DNA from: a virus
Reading direction: 5' to 3' (one strand)
Virus record (IMG/VR): IMGVR_UViG_3300047678_000160
Coordinates: 31,729-95,728 of that record
DNA length: 64,000 nt
The notes under the pieces were generated by a model, which was given only the letters and a program-made list of their open reading frames with translations, was not told the origin of the DNA and made no database searches. The translations under genes and the position numbers were made by a program. Below are positions 39,908-50,430 of this stretch, one piece after another. Numbering within the stretch: position 1 is the first letter of the stretch; each line of letters opens with the position of its first letter.

Positions 39908-40969
39908 ATGTATAAAAATAATATTGATGTGCGCGTCCTTGTAAATGGGCGTTCAGTCAGGGAATACTCCCACAAAGGAATGACTCTTATTGAGTCTCGA
40001 CACGGCACCAACTACACGGTGAAGGTCAAAAATGATAACGGCTATAGAGTAATGGCTGTATTATCAATCGATGGTTTGGATATTCTAACTGGAAAACCAG
40101 CTGAAGATTCAAAAAAAGGTTACATTGTTGACGCATATAGCTCAACCGAAATCAAGGGGTATAGACTCAGCGACACTGATTCTGCTGCGTTTGTATTCAC
40201 AAGTAAGGGTAAATCTTATGTCTCTAAGACCGCCGGCGAAGCTCGTAACACGGGCGTAATTGGTGTCAGAATTTTTAGAGAAAAAGAAGAGCCTGTAAAG
40301 GTTGTTGAAAGGATTGTCGAAAAGACAAAATACGTTGACCGTCCTTATCCGGTTTGGACAAGTCCATATAATCCGTGGAACCCATATTATTGTGGAACGC
40401 CACATGTCCAATACGGAAGTATTCTATGCGATTCATCGAGTCATATTGGTTCCGTGACCACTGAAAATCATGCGGGAGCTCTAACAGTTACCTCCAATGC
40501 GGTTGGTAACGTTACATTGAACAATTCGGATGGAACATCTTTCGCTGTAGCTGCTAATAACGTGTCTTTGACCTCAGCGCAGGCTGGTGTGAAGGGTGCG
40601 GCAGCTTCTGGGCAATATTTTCCTTCCCTCACAGAAAACGAATCGTCTAGGGGTATTTCCGCTAGGTCGTATAAATCATATACAAAGCCGGCTAAACTAT
40701 CAGCAGCGAAGAATGATTTTGACTCTCCTATTACTCAAGATTCGTTTGATACAGGAACATCATTTGGAAAGAAGCAGGTGGACAAGGTAAAGAAGGAATA
40801 CTTCAATCTCGGTCCAGTTATTTCCGAAATTGTGTTTTATTACGCAACAAGACAGGCTCTCGAAAATATGGGTGTTGATTTTGATGAGACACCGGCGGTA
40901 GCAGATGTATTACCTTCTGCTTTCGGTGAATCAAAATATTGCCTCCCTCCTAAAGATTGGAGAGGCTAA
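39908..40969 (+). CDS. Conserved hypothetical protein next to a vWA gene
   Basis: YTVKVKN...RVMAVLSIDG.D...G, GYIV, I.GYR, NTGVIGVRIFRE. Confidence 0.6.
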   Translation: MYKNNIDVRVLVNGRSVREYSHKGMTLIESRHGTNYTVKVKNDNGYRVMAVLSIDGLDILTGKPAEDSKKGYIVDAYSSTEIKGYRLSDTDSAAFVFTSKGKSYVSKTAGEARNTGVIGVRIFREKEEPVKVVERIVEKTKYVDRPYPVWTSPYNPWNPYYCGTPHVQYGSILCDSSSHIGSVTTENHAGALTVTSNAVGNVTLNNSDGTSFAVAANNVSLTSAQAGVKGAAASGQYFPSLTENESSRGISARSYKSYTKPAKLSAAKNDFDSPITQDSFDTGTSFGKKQVDKVKKEYFNLGPVISEIVFYYATRQALENMGVDFDETPAVADVLPSAFGESKYCLPPKDWRG

Positions 40970-40998
40970 AACATTAACAAATCAACAACTATAAAATC

Positions 40999-41688
40999 AT
41001 GAAAAAAATTATTCACACACTATTCATTCTCGACAAAAGCACCAGCATGTCGGGATACACAAAACGCACCATCGAAAGCATCAACGCCAATTTAGCTATT
41101 CTAAGAAAGGAAGCAGCTGAAAATGGAATAGATATTTTCAATACATTACTGTCATTCAGTGCCAACAATAACAATTGGGGACTCCTCAACGCTGCACAAA
41201 ACAGCGATGACTTCAATTTCATTCGCATTGGAAAGAATGTCAATGATATTGCTGACATTACAGATGCTGAGTATATTCCTCAAGGTGGAACTCCTTTATT
41301 GGACGCCATCGGCAAGGGAATTGAAAAGCTCAAGGAAACTCTTGGCGATGAACTTGGTAAGGATAACGTAACTGTTGTCGTAACCATCTTTACCGATGGA
41401 GAGGAAAATTCTTCGAGACAGTTTTCAAAGGCTGATATTAAGAAGATGATTGAACACTTCTCTTCTGACAATAAATGGACGTTTACCTTCGTTGGTTGTG
41501 GAAGTATCGACAATGTTACCGCTACCTCTGCTAACCTTGGTATTGCAGCGATGAATACCATCGCTTTCGCTGATACTGCTAAGGGTCGTGACGATTCTTA
41601 TGCAACTCTTGCCACCTACTATACGTCAACAGCACGTAGTGTTTCTCGTGGTGAGAAGATTAAGGGATTGGCTGAAGTTACGAAGTGA
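40999..41688 (+). CDS. von Willebrand factor A domain protein
   Basis: FILDKSTSM (MIDAS), GGTPLLDAIG, IFTDGEENSS, WTFTFVG. Confidence 0.88.
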   Translation: MKKIIHTLFILDKSTSMSGYTKRTIESINANLAILRKEAAENGIDIFNTLLSFSANNNNWGLLNAAQNSDDFNFIRIGKNVNDIADITDAEYIPQGGTPLLDAIGKGIEKLKETLGDELGKDNVTVVVTIFTDGEENSSRQFSKADIKKMIEHFSSDNKWTFTFVGCGSIDNVTATSANLGIAAMNTIAFADTAKGRDDSYATLATYYTSTARSVSRGEKIKGLAEVTK

Positions 41689-41713
41689 TAAAATAACATC
41701 GAATCACTATAAT

Positions 41714-41740
41714 AAGGCATCCGAAAGGGTGCCTTTTTTG
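41714..41740 (+). terminator. Intrinsic terminator
   Basis: AAGGCATCC-GAAA-GGGTGCCTT-TTTT. Confidence 0.8.
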
Positions 41741-41760
41741 TTTTGGTCATATATATTGGT

Positions 41761-42366
41761 ATGAACAACAACTTTCTTGAGAAGATTAAAGATGACCCAG
41801 ATTTTGCCCAACTTTTTGCGAAGAAGGCTGTGGAAATTAGACAGACAAAAGCCAACTTAGTTGAAGCTGCTAGAAACTATCAAGACAAGTATAGTGAGGA
41901 GATAGAACAAGGCACCATCAAACATGCTTTGAAATTGACAGAAGGTAGAAACAAAGGACTGAAAGATGATGAGATTTTTAGAGACAATCAGCTATTCATC
42001 CCAACTAAACAAACACCGATTCTGAACTATCTATACTTCCTATTGAGAGAAACCAAATTTGAAGACTTAGAAATTGATGTATTGAGACTTCCGGCGGATG
42101 TTCGTAAAGACCTACAATTACTGAAAGAAGAGTATGAACAGAAATACGGCGCCGCAGTTCATGAAAAAATGAAGGAAGCTCCATTACCAAACATGGTAAG
42201 TTACATCTATAAAAACATTGGCGATGAAACATTCGCTACAATTAAGAAGCTGAAGACTTTATCTCAGTCTAGCAATGAAGCAGAAGCATTCTCAGCATAT
42301 AGAAAGTGTTTGGATATGTGCAAAAAATATAATTTGGAGTTCGACAAAATTCCGTTAAATAATTGA
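41761..42366 (+). CDS. Hypothetical protein with C-terminal DUF2786-like motif
   Basis: IKKLKTLSQSSNEAEAFSAYRKCLDMCKKYNL. Confidence 0.55.
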   Translation: MNNNFLEKIKDDPDFAQLFAKKAVEIRQTKANLVEAARNYQDKYSEEIEQGTIKHALKLTEGRNKGLKDDEIFRDNQLFIPTKQTPILNYLYFLLRETKFEDLEIDVLRLPADVRKDLQLLKEEYEQKYGAAVHEKMKEAPLPNMVSYIYKNIGDETFATIKKLKTLSQSSNEAEAFSAYRKCLDMCKKYNLEFDKIPLNN

Positions 42367-42475
42367 TTAGACTTGACAGGACCTCAAATCGGCAATAAGG
42401 TCCAACCGTAATCAATTCAGTAAGAACTGTATTATTCGCTTCGCTGAATCAAACATTCGTAATCTACGAAGTCTT

Positions 42476-44071
42476 TTAAGTAGCTTGTGAAACAGCTGGA
42501 GAGTATTGAAGAACCCACTTCAACGCTTTGGTCAAGGTATCTTTACGGCCAGCTCCTTGGATAGATTGAACTGGTTTCTTAGTGGATACAGTTACATCGT
42601 AAACATCTACGCTGTTATCATTCTTTAAAGCTACCTTTATTTTAGTCCATCTCTCAGAAGCCATTGCTGCTTTTTGTTGAGCTTTGGCTTCAACATCGTT
42701 CTTAGGTGGTAGATAATATACTTTCGTGTAAGCATCTTTGTTCTGAATGGTATCTACAACATCTTGCTTATCTTTAAACTTGAATCTTGGACCAGAAGAT
42801 AGAATCTTGATTGTATTGATTACAGCGTTTGCGTTGGGGTCTAGGGCTAAGATTCCTTCAGCTGCTTCTTGAGCATAATCCATAACATCTTCAAATTTAG
42901 CAAACTTTGCTGCTGGTTCTTTATAACGAATACGAATGTTCACCCAAGCCAGAGCTTGAAGCTGATAAGACGTTAGGCCCATCTTACCTCCGACTTCATG
43001 CATAATTTTTACAAGATTCTGACGGACTTCATCATCGCCAAACAGTTGCATAATGGCTACGTTAACTACAGCATCTTTGTTCTTTTGAAGTAAGGCTGCT
43101 CTTCTCTTAGCAACATCATCAACCTTACCTTGTTTTACAGATGTGTTATCGGTCACATGTTGAATCCAAGCTGAAACGTCTTCTGAAACCATCTTTTCAA
43201 GAGGTTTATCAAAAAACACACGAATCATCCAACGGTCAACTGTAGCTGGGTCTATCTTATCGTTCCATTTGAAACCAGGAAAAATGAGATTCATGAAGAA
43301 AGAATTAATCTTGGTCCCACCAATTTTCAGCTTACCATTCTTCAAGTCTTCGAACAGCTCATTCCTAGAAACCTTTCCATCGTGAGCTATGTAGTATTTA
43401 ACAAACAGATTGAAATTAGGAATCTTTGCATTGGACACTGTAATTTCGCTGAATACATCATCTTGTCCCTTTCTTGCTCCAGCGTCAACAGTTCCACCCT
43501 TGTAATCCTTCTTTGGAGCCAACAACTCAGCATATTTCGAACCTTTACCTTCATATGACTTCAAATAAGCCAACGTAGCGTTGTTCGTGTTGTCTTTGAC
43601 ATGTGTAGATAGGTTCAACAACATCTCTTTGCCGTTTGGTAAACCCAAGTCATGACTTACAGCTGTATAAAGCTTTGCTGCTTCAAGAATGTTTTGGTCG
43701 AGGGCTGTATTGGCTGAACAATAGGCACAGGCAGCCAAAAATAAACATGCCTCGTTTTCAGGCATACTTTTAAAAATCAATTTGTTAAAATTATCATACC
43801 AATAGGCGTAAGTATCGAATTTCTTTTTTACTTCCGGAGGAGCTTCGAGATATTGTTTGACTTCATCCTCAAGATTCTGCATCTCCAAAGTAATCGGAAT
43901 CTGTAGGTCAACTTTCTTATCACCGACCTTAAATGGAATTCTGACCGTGAAGGTGTCCTTTGATTGAAATTCATCGCCGGTCAACTGATTATAAAATTCA
44001 GGACCAGACATGGCTTCCAAAAGCTCTTGATAATCGGATTCGGTGAGATTTAAGAGGTTGGATAATTTCAT
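42476..44071 (-). CDS. Large protein with HhH-GPD/DNA-glycosylase-like motifs, possibly virion-packaged
   Basis: SANTALDQN, GTKINSFFMNL, ATVDRWMIR, YQLQALAW; N-terminal MKLSNLL..TE..ELLEA; preceded by TATTTAT. Confidence 0.45.
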   Translation of the reverse strand: MKLSNLLNLTESDYQELLEAMSGPEFYNQLTGDEFQSKDTFTVRIPFKVGDKKVDLQIPITLEMQNLEDEVKQYLEAPPEVKKKFDTYAYWYDNFNKLIFKSMPENEACLFLAACAYCSANTALDQNILEAAKLYTAVSHDLGLPNGKEMLLNLSTHVKDNTNNATLAYLKSYEGKGSKYAELLAPKKDYKGGTVDAGARKGQDDVFSEITVSNAKIPNFNLFVKYYIAHDGKVSRNELFEDLKNGKLKIGGTKINSFFMNLIFPGFKWNDKIDPATVDRWMIRVFFDKPLEKMVSEDVSAWIQHVTDNTSVKQGKVDDVAKRRAALLQKNKDAVVNVAIMQLFGDDEVRQNLVKIMHEVGGKMGLTSYQLQALAWVNIRIRYKEPAAKFAKFEDVMDYAQEAAEGILALDPNANAVINTIKILSSGPRFKFKDKQDVVDTIQNKDAYTKVYYLPPKNDVEAKAQQKAAMASERWTKIKVALKNDNSVDVYDVTVSTKKPVQSIQGAGRKDTLTKALKWVLQYSPAVSQAT

Positions 44072-44187
44072 AAATGGTTATAGACAATAAATATAAGAAT
44101 GAGAAACGAATATGAAAGTGAATTTCAATTTATAAATATTTTTCTAAAAAAATGTCGTTTTATTGAATTTCATCTATATTTATTGAT

Positions 44188-44763
44188 ATGAATATCTGTT
44201 GTGATTGTGGTCTTCCGGTTTCCAGAAAAGGAACTTTACGTTGTATGAGTTGTGCCTCAAAGAACAGACCAAGAAGAGTGACAGATGAAGAAAAACAAAC
44301 AAGGGCACTAGAAATAAAAAAATACAAGGCGGAACTTTATCAAAAAAACAAGGAGAAAATATCACAAAGAAGAAAAGCCCACAGAGAAAAAATGAAGAAA
44401 GAAAATCCAGAACTTGTTAGATTGAAAGACTTTGGATATTTTTTGCGGTGGAAATATGGAATGGAAATATCTGATTACGAAGGTCTTATAAAAAAACAAG
44501 GAGGATGTTGCGCCATTTGTGGTCATAAACCTATCGACGGAGCAAAAAAAGAGAATAAATTGTATATAGACCACAATCATAAGACACAGAGAGTCAGAGG
44601 GTTGTTGTGTATGAATTGTAATTCAGCAATTGGTCATCTGAATGACGACTTGACAATAATAAAAAGTGCTTTAGAGTATCTGGAGATAAATCATAAAATA
44701 GATGAGAAAACTAGCCTCCATACAGAAAATACTGGATATTCGCCCAATCCCCGGAGCGGATAA
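44188..44763 (+). mobile_element. Endonuclease VII-type HNH homing endonuclease
   Basis: KYG...Y...QGGCCAIC, IDHNH.T.RVRGLLC..CN..IG. Confidence 0.85.
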
Positions 44764-45430
44764 AATTGTGGTTGTCAAGGTTTTAGGGTGGGAATGTGTT
44801 GCTCTAAAAGATGAATTTTCTGTTGGAGATGATTGTGTTTATTTTGAGTTGGATAGTATTCTCCCGATTGCCGACTGGAACGCTCACCTTCGTAAAGGTA
44901 GCGACGCTCATAAACCATTGAGAGTGCGGACTATCCGCCTTCGTGGCCAACTTTCTCAGGGTCTTGCCCTTCCTATGAGCCTTCTTCCTGAAGGCCAATA
45001 TGAACTTGGTCAAGACGTTACAGAACTCGTTGGAGTCAAGAAATGGGAACCTTACATTCCACCGGAAATGACCGGCAAGGTCAAAGGAACTCGCCCACAT
45101 TTCATTCCAAAAACGGATGAACCACGTTGTTTGGATGGTGATACTCTGGTGATAACCGAAGATGGCAAAAAAAGAATAAGTGATATTTGTAGAGAGCAAT
45201 ATCAAGGAAAGGCTCTCAGCCTCAATGAAATGACCGGAGAGCTAGAATACAAAAATATAACAAATCATATTGTTTCAAGAGCAAATGACGATTGGTATGA
45301 GATTGAAATAGAGGGTGTCCATAAGTTGATATGCACCGGAAACCACTTGATTTACATTCCTGAATTAATGTCATATCGCCGTGCAGACCAACTATCAATT
45401 GAAAATAATGTGTTATATACAAAAAACTGA
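44702..45430 (+). CDS. RNA ligase (DRB0094/Rnl2-like) N-terminal part fused to split-intein N-half
   Basis: MRKLASIQ, PIPGAD, LRGQLSQGL, FIPKTDEPR; intein block A CLDGDTLV from 45128, block B CTGNH, stop at 45428-30. Confidence 0.88.
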   Translation: MRKLASIQKILDIRPIPGADKIVVVKVLGWECVALKDEFSVGDDCVYFELDSILPIADWNAHLRKGSDAHKPLRVRTIRLRGQLSQGLALPMSLLPEGQYELGQDVTELVGVKKWEPYIPPEMTGKVKGTRPHFIPKTDEPRCLDGDTLVITEDGKKRISDICREQYQGKALSLNEMTGELEYKNITNHIVSRANDDWYEIEIEGVHKLICTGNHLIYIPELMSYRRADQLSIENNVLYTKN

Positions 45431-45459
45431 TGGTTTTTGTCTTATGTATAGTTATATAC

Positions 45460-46509
45460 ATGAACAAAAAATGCAAAAAGTGCGAACAACATAAAAATAA
45501 CCCACGAATATTAAGGATACACTGGGGAACCATCCACCGCAATAGTTATAAAAATTATGAAACTTTCTATGGAGATTACATCCAGTTAGCTAGAGGAATA
45601 ACAGAAGAAAATATAAAAAATATAGTAGAAGAATATTCTCTCGGAGTGTCAAGGCCGGACCTACAAAAAAAATGGGGGTTTGATGTAACTGAAATTTTGA
45701 AATCTAAAAGTATAAAAATAAGAACTATATCCGACTCACGGAAAACAGAAAATTACAAAACTAAACATAGAAACACAACGTTGAAGAATTGGGGAGTAGA
45801 AAATATATCACAATCGGACGTTGTAAAAGAAAAAAAGAAGAAAACATTTATAAAACATTTTGGATATAAGAATAATTTTTGTAACGAAGAGATATTGAGA
45901 AAAGCAAAAATTATCCAACGAGAAAATTTTACACAAAACAGAGAAGAAATAATTAAAAGACAAAAAGACGGAATGATAAAAAATTGGGGCGTTGATAATG
46001 TATCAAAGCATCCAATCATATCTAAAAAAATATCCGAAACACATAAAATCCTAAATGCAAATAAAACAATAGAAGAAAAAAGAAAACAAACATTCGCATG
46101 TAGAAACGCTCTATTACAAACTCAATATACTGCACGTTCAAATTTAGAAAGAAGAATAGAAGAAATTATAAAAATACTCTCATATAAAATAAAATTTAAC
46201 AAAATAGTATGTCGAAAAAATGTAGATATATTATTGACAGAGATAAAAGTTATAATAGAAATACAAGGAACATACTTTCACGCCGACCCAAGAAAATACA
46301 AACCGACAGATTATTTTAAGCAATTTAACTGCACCGCTGGGGATATATGGAAAAAGGATAATAATAAGAAAATTCTATTTGAAAACAATGGATATAAAGT
46401 ATATCATCTCTGGGAAAAAGAAATCAACGAAATGTCAGATGGTCAAATAATAGAATTTATCATAAAAATTTACAATGAAAACAGTTACGGGAAAAATAAC
46501 ATCAATTAA
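45460..46509 (+). mobile_element. Free-standing Vsr/DUF559-like endonuclease between the split-intein halves
   Basis: Repeats KNWGVEN/KNWGVDN; SNLE, VDILL....IIEIQGTYFHADP, D..K......GYKVYHLWE; different frame from the ligase. Confidence 0.8.
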
Positions 46510-47203
46510 AAAATTAAATGTAAAATCAAAAAGATATGATATATCTGTTGAAGATAATCATAATTTTTTTGCCAATAACGTTTTGGTTCATAATTGCCAA
46601 TCTAATCCAGATGCGCTGACGGAGTTGCTTGCGCTTGATACTGAGGTTGTCGGGACGATGAAAATGGACGGAACAAGCATTTCTTGCTACATCAAGGATG
46701 GAGCTTTTGGCGTGACTTCCCGTAACATGGAACTCATTGAAACTGAGGACAATGCCTATTGGAAAATCGTCCGTGAGTGCGACATTGAGGGTAAGATGCG
46801 TTCTTTCTTCTCTTGCAACATTTTCGGCGGTGACTACGTGATTCAGGGTGAGTTATGTGGTCCCGGCATCCAAGGCAACAAAATGGGTCTGGATAAACTG
46901 ACTCTGTTTTGGTATAACGTCTATCACGTTGGTATGGGTGATTATATGTCACACAAGATTCTGCGTGACTTCACTCTATCGACTGGCCTAAACATGGTCG
47001 AAGTAGTTTTTCAAGGAAAATTGCCTCAAAACACTACAATCAATAGCCTACTTGAGATTGCGGACAGACTCGATTACAAAAACGGCCTTCCAGCCGAAGG
47101 AATTGTTTGGCGTCCTGTAATGGAACAACGGAGTGAAACTCTTGGTTCTCGTATGAGCTTCAAGACAATCTCAAACCGTTTTCTTGAGCTCTATAAAGAA
47201 TAA
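46475..47203 (+). CDS. Split-intein C-half (40 aa) fused to RNA ligase catalytic part
   Basis: YDISVEDNHNFFANNVLVHN|C junction at 46594/46595; ligase motif I KMDGTS, QGELCGPGIQGN, EGIV, SFKTISN. Confidence 0.9.
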   Translation: MKTVTGKITSIKKLNVKSKRYDISVEDNHNFFANNVLVHNCQSNPDALTELLALDTEVVGTMKMDGTSISCYIKDGAFGVTSRNMELIETEDNAYWKIVRECDIEGKMRSFFSCNIFGGDYVIQGELCGPGIQGNKMGLDKLTLFWYNVYHVGMGDYMSHKILRDFTLSTGLNMVEVVFQGKLPQNTTINSLLEIADRLDYKNGLPAEGIVWRPVMEQRSETLGSRMSFKTISNRFLELYKE

Positions 47204-47204
47204 C

Positions 47205-47690
47205 ATGAGCAACCACAGCAACCCCCGATTCAACGTCACTGGCCAAGAAGAAGATGGTCTAGCGGCTACACTAGCGCTTTGGGGAACCATCAACCTCAGT
47301 AGCTATCAGATTGCAAAAGTAAAGAGTCCTTTGGATTTCAAGGGATACCGACTTGACCCATATCTCGGCATGGTTCTTTTTCAATATGAAATAGAAAACA
47401 CCAAGATGATTCCTTTTCCTTTTGACGAAGGAAAATATCCTGAGCGTCTTGCTTCATTCTTTTACAACTATCTCAAAAGTGATAAATCGAAAGTGTCTAT
47501 TCCTGAGAAGCCGGTCGGATTGTTAGATTACTACGCTGACTTTCGTGCGGATTTCCCACTGGATGTAGATGAAGACCACGACGGCCATAACGAACGTGGT
47601 TGGAGAGTTTCAACGGGTCGCTGGGGCCATGTTCTAAACTACGATGAAGCCATCTTCATCCGCCCAATTCATATTTGGTATGGAAAATAA
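47205..47690 (+). CDS. Hypothetical protein
   Basis: MSNHSNPRFNVTG...DHDGHNERGW...IWYGK. Confidence 0.6.
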   Translation: MSNHSNPRFNVTGQEEDGLAATLALWGTINLSSYQIAKVKSPLDFKGYRLDPYLGMVLFQYEIENTKMIPFPFDEGKYPERLASFFYNYLKSDKSKVSIPEKPVGLLDYYADFRADFPLDVDEDHDGHNERGWRVSTGRWGHVLNYDEAIFIRPIHIWYGK

Positions 47691-47693
47691 CCT

Positions 47694-48053
47694 ATGAGCA
47701 CCTTTTTAATTTGCACCGAAGTTTTCAATAAACGTGGGGGAGAACATGGAAGATATTTCCGTTTTCCCCTCGATGCACATAATGGAGATTTTGATGTTAA
47801 ATCACGAACAGCTTTTAATGCATTTTTCAACAATCCCAAAAAACAGAGGAATTGGACACCTAGTAGAGAAATTTTATATCACGTTCAAGACTATTCTGAT
47901 TATCTTCTCAGTCAAGAAAGTTGGAAAAAATCTCCGACCAGAATCAAATGTAAAATTGAATACGAAGAGCCAAAACTAATTGAACTCAGTTCTATTTTTG
48001 AGTTATTTGAGGCCATTGGATTTAACAACAAAACGAAAAAATATAACACCTAA
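47694..48053 (+). CDS. Hypothetical protein
   Basis: 119-aa ORF. Confidence 0.55.
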   Translation: MSTFLICTEVFNKRGGEHGRYFRFPLDAHNGDFDVKSRTAFNAFFNNPKKQRNWTPSREILYHVQDYSDYLLSQESWKKSPTRIKCKIEYEEPKLIELSSIFELFEAIGFNNKTKKYNT

Positions 48054-48058
48054 TTATT

Positions 48059-49099
48059 ATGGGCTGCTGGAACGAAACATGTGCAATCAGTCGGATGTCA
48101 ATATCCGCCGGCGAAGCTGTTCGCTTTCTCCCTATCGTCATGAATCCGTATCACGTAGAGACGGTTAAGGGATTGAAATTGCCCAAGGGAGTTTCTACCA
48201 CCACCATTACCGGCAAATCCGGCTGCTATATCAGCGACCTATGGGCACCATTGTGCTATCCGATTCGTGGAGAATACAATGATTACGGAACCATTGAGAA
48301 TATTCCTGAAAAAACAGACAAGGACAAGGCTGAATTGGCTCAATTTGTGGATGCCTTTAAAGAGCATTGTCTTCCCATTGAACTTGGGGAGAACGAATAT
48401 CATGACGTTGCAGTGAAGAAATTCTCCGTTGATGAAATTTTAGGGGCTCTTCAAGAAGGCCGCTGTTTCAAGCTGTATCAAAGTTCTCTGCCGGGCTACG
48501 CTGACCGACTACTTCCTATTGCGTGGATGATGATTAAGGAATCTGTCTGGCAATCACTGTTGAAAATTGACATTAAAAAATCAAAAGAAGTTTGGCACAC
48601 AAAGGGTGAGAAAGACCGTTATTCTCTCAAAGGAATTCGTGAGGGACTTTTGGAGTCATTTGAAAGAATCAACAAGAGAAACAAAGTAGACAAGCTCTTG
48701 GAGAAGAAAGAAAATCTTGAAGGAGACGAATTAAGAAAAGCAGCCTCCGAAATATTAGAACTGATGAAGGATTCTCATTCTTTCATGAACATGACTCGCT
48801 CACGAACATGGCACAATTCTCCAATTACTGAGCCGGTCATCAATGAAAATTTGATTGATGTTGTCACCGAAATGGAATACGTTTACGGCATGATGAGCAT
48901 TTTAAGAATCAATTTCGCTCCAACCACAGGCTCAGGAAGTCAATGTAATAACTACGCTCTTTGGAGTCTTGTCAATTCAAGTTGGAAAAAACTTGTGTCC
49001 AAAGACTTAAAAGAAGAAAGAGAAGAGACTAAAAAATCAAATGCTGAGTATAAAGAATTTTTAAAAAAAGAAGCAGAAAAGAAAAAGAAGAAAGTATGA
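48059..49099 (+). CDS. Hypothetical phage protein
   Basis: MGCWNETCAIS...PIRGEYNDYG...GSGSQ, a pattern seen in large-phage hypotheticals. Confidence 0.65.
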   Translation: MGCWNETCAISRMSISAGEAVRFLPIVMNPYHVETVKGLKLPKGVSTTTITGKSGCYISDLWAPLCYPIRGEYNDYGTIENIPEKTDKDKAELAQFVDAFKEHCLPIELGENEYHDVAVKKFSVDEILGALQEGRCFKLYQSSLPGYADRLLPIAWMMIKESVWQSLLKIDIKKSKEVWHTKGEKDRYSLKGIREGLLESFERINKRNKVDKLLEKKENLEGDELRKAASEILELMKDSHSFMNMTRSRTWHNSPITEPVINENLIDVVTEMEYVYGMMSILRINFAPTTGSGSQCNNYALWSLVNSSWKKLVSKDLKEEREETKKSNAEYKEFLKKEAEKKKKKV

Positions 49100-49809
49100 G
49101 TAAGTTAAAATTAGATTCAAAGAAACAACGAATTTGGTTTGTTTCCGACCTACATTATGGTCACGGAAAGCCGTTTATTATTGACCCGCGCGGCTACAAA
49201 ACCCTCAAAGAAGCGATGGAAGACACTTTCCATAAGTGGAAACAATACATCGCTCCTACTGATATTGTCATCAATCTCGGTGACCAAATCGTAGGCGCAG
49301 GTCAAAACACCAGACAGTATGTTTTCGATTTACTGTCTCTCCCTTGTGCTCACCAATATTTCATTTGGGGAAATCACAATGCCGGTATGAGCGACATTTA
49401 CACAGAATCCATGAAGGACGCTGGCCACGACGCCAACGAATACAATATCTATCCTTGGACACTGAGCAATTATCCGTTCACCTTCTTGGGTGATTATGCT
49501 GAAATCATCATTGACCATCAGCATGTGGTGTTGTCTCACTATCCAATTGCTTCGTGGAACCATGTCAGCAAAGGTGCTTATATGCTTCATGGTCACTGTC
49601 ACGGAAACTTGAAAGATGATAAAACCCTCAAGCGACTTGACATTGGTTGGGACTGGAAAAATCGTCCAGTCGAATGGACAGAAATCGTCCGAGAATTGGA
49701 AGGTCGAAAGGGTGTTCCGGTTGACCATCATGGCACCGCTAAGTTCATTCTCAACGAAAAGTCTGGAAACAGCTTCTTTGAAGACCACAAAGATAGAAAA
49801 GATACATGA
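49096..49809 (+). CDS. Calcineurin-like metallophosphoesterase
   Basis: SDLHYGH, LGD, GNH, LSHYP, LHGHCH. Confidence 0.9.
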   Translation: MSKLKLDSKKQRIWFVSDLHYGHGKPFIIDPRGYKTLKEAMEDTFHKWKQYIAPTDIVINLGDQIVGAGQNTRQYVFDLLSLPCAHQYFIWGNHNAGMSDIYTESMKDAGHDANEYNIYPWTLSNYPFTFLGDYAEIIIDHQHVVLSHYPIASWNHVSKGAYMLHGHCHGNLKDDKTLKRLDIGWDWKNRPVEWTEIVRELEGRKGVPVDHHGTAKFILNEKSGNSFFEDHKDRKDT

Positions 49810-50063
49810 AAAAACAATTAATCGTCACCGGGCTTTCCTTAAAACAAGGAAGGCCTGTTGTGTGCTATAATGCATCGAAGGAGCCTTCTACTTGGGGAAC
49901 AATTTCTGAATATGGAAGTTCATCAAGCACCGTAGCATATGGCGACCACGCTCCAATTTGGGGCAGTAATTTTTGGGCCAACGAATTCCTCGTTGGATTC
50001 AACTCAATCGAAGAGGCAATGAAAGTCGTAAGAGACTTTGAAGATAGTCAACCAAACAGATGA
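49806..50063 (+). CDS. Hypothetical protein
   Basis: 85-aa ORF. Confidence 0.45.
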   Translation: MKKQLIVTGLSLKQGRPVVCYNASKEPSTWGTISEYGSSSSTVAYGDHAPIWGSNFWANEFLVGFNSIEEAMKVVRDFEDSQPNR

Positions 50064-50064
50064 C

Positions 50065-50430
50065 ATGAAATATATCAAATACCTAATCATCAGCTTGCTG
50101 TTTTCAGCCGCTTTGTCAGCACAAACAATTACGCTTGATAAATTCGTTGTAACATCTTCACCAACTGGAGAACTGACGTTCAGCGGAGAAATCGGAAAAT
50201 CAGCGTTTTCTGATAATGGCACAATCCTCAATACACCCCGAAGTGTTAGCTCAATTGACAATTCTATTCTGACCCAATTCAACTTGAAGTCCATTGGACA
50301 AGTGATGAACTTTGTGTCAGGCGTTCAAACCGTTGGTTCATTTGGACAATTTGCTTCCGTAAACGTCAGAGGAGATTTGGCTGAAAGCTTAAATTGGATA
50401 CCTGTAAAGATAGATATGATTTGGTCATAA
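50065..50430 (+). pseudogene. Truncated TonB-dependent receptor (signal peptide plus plug fragment)
   Basis: Signal peptide, TonB-box-like LDKFVVT, TPRSVSSID, VRGDLAE, then similarity stops abruptly. Confidence 0.65.
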
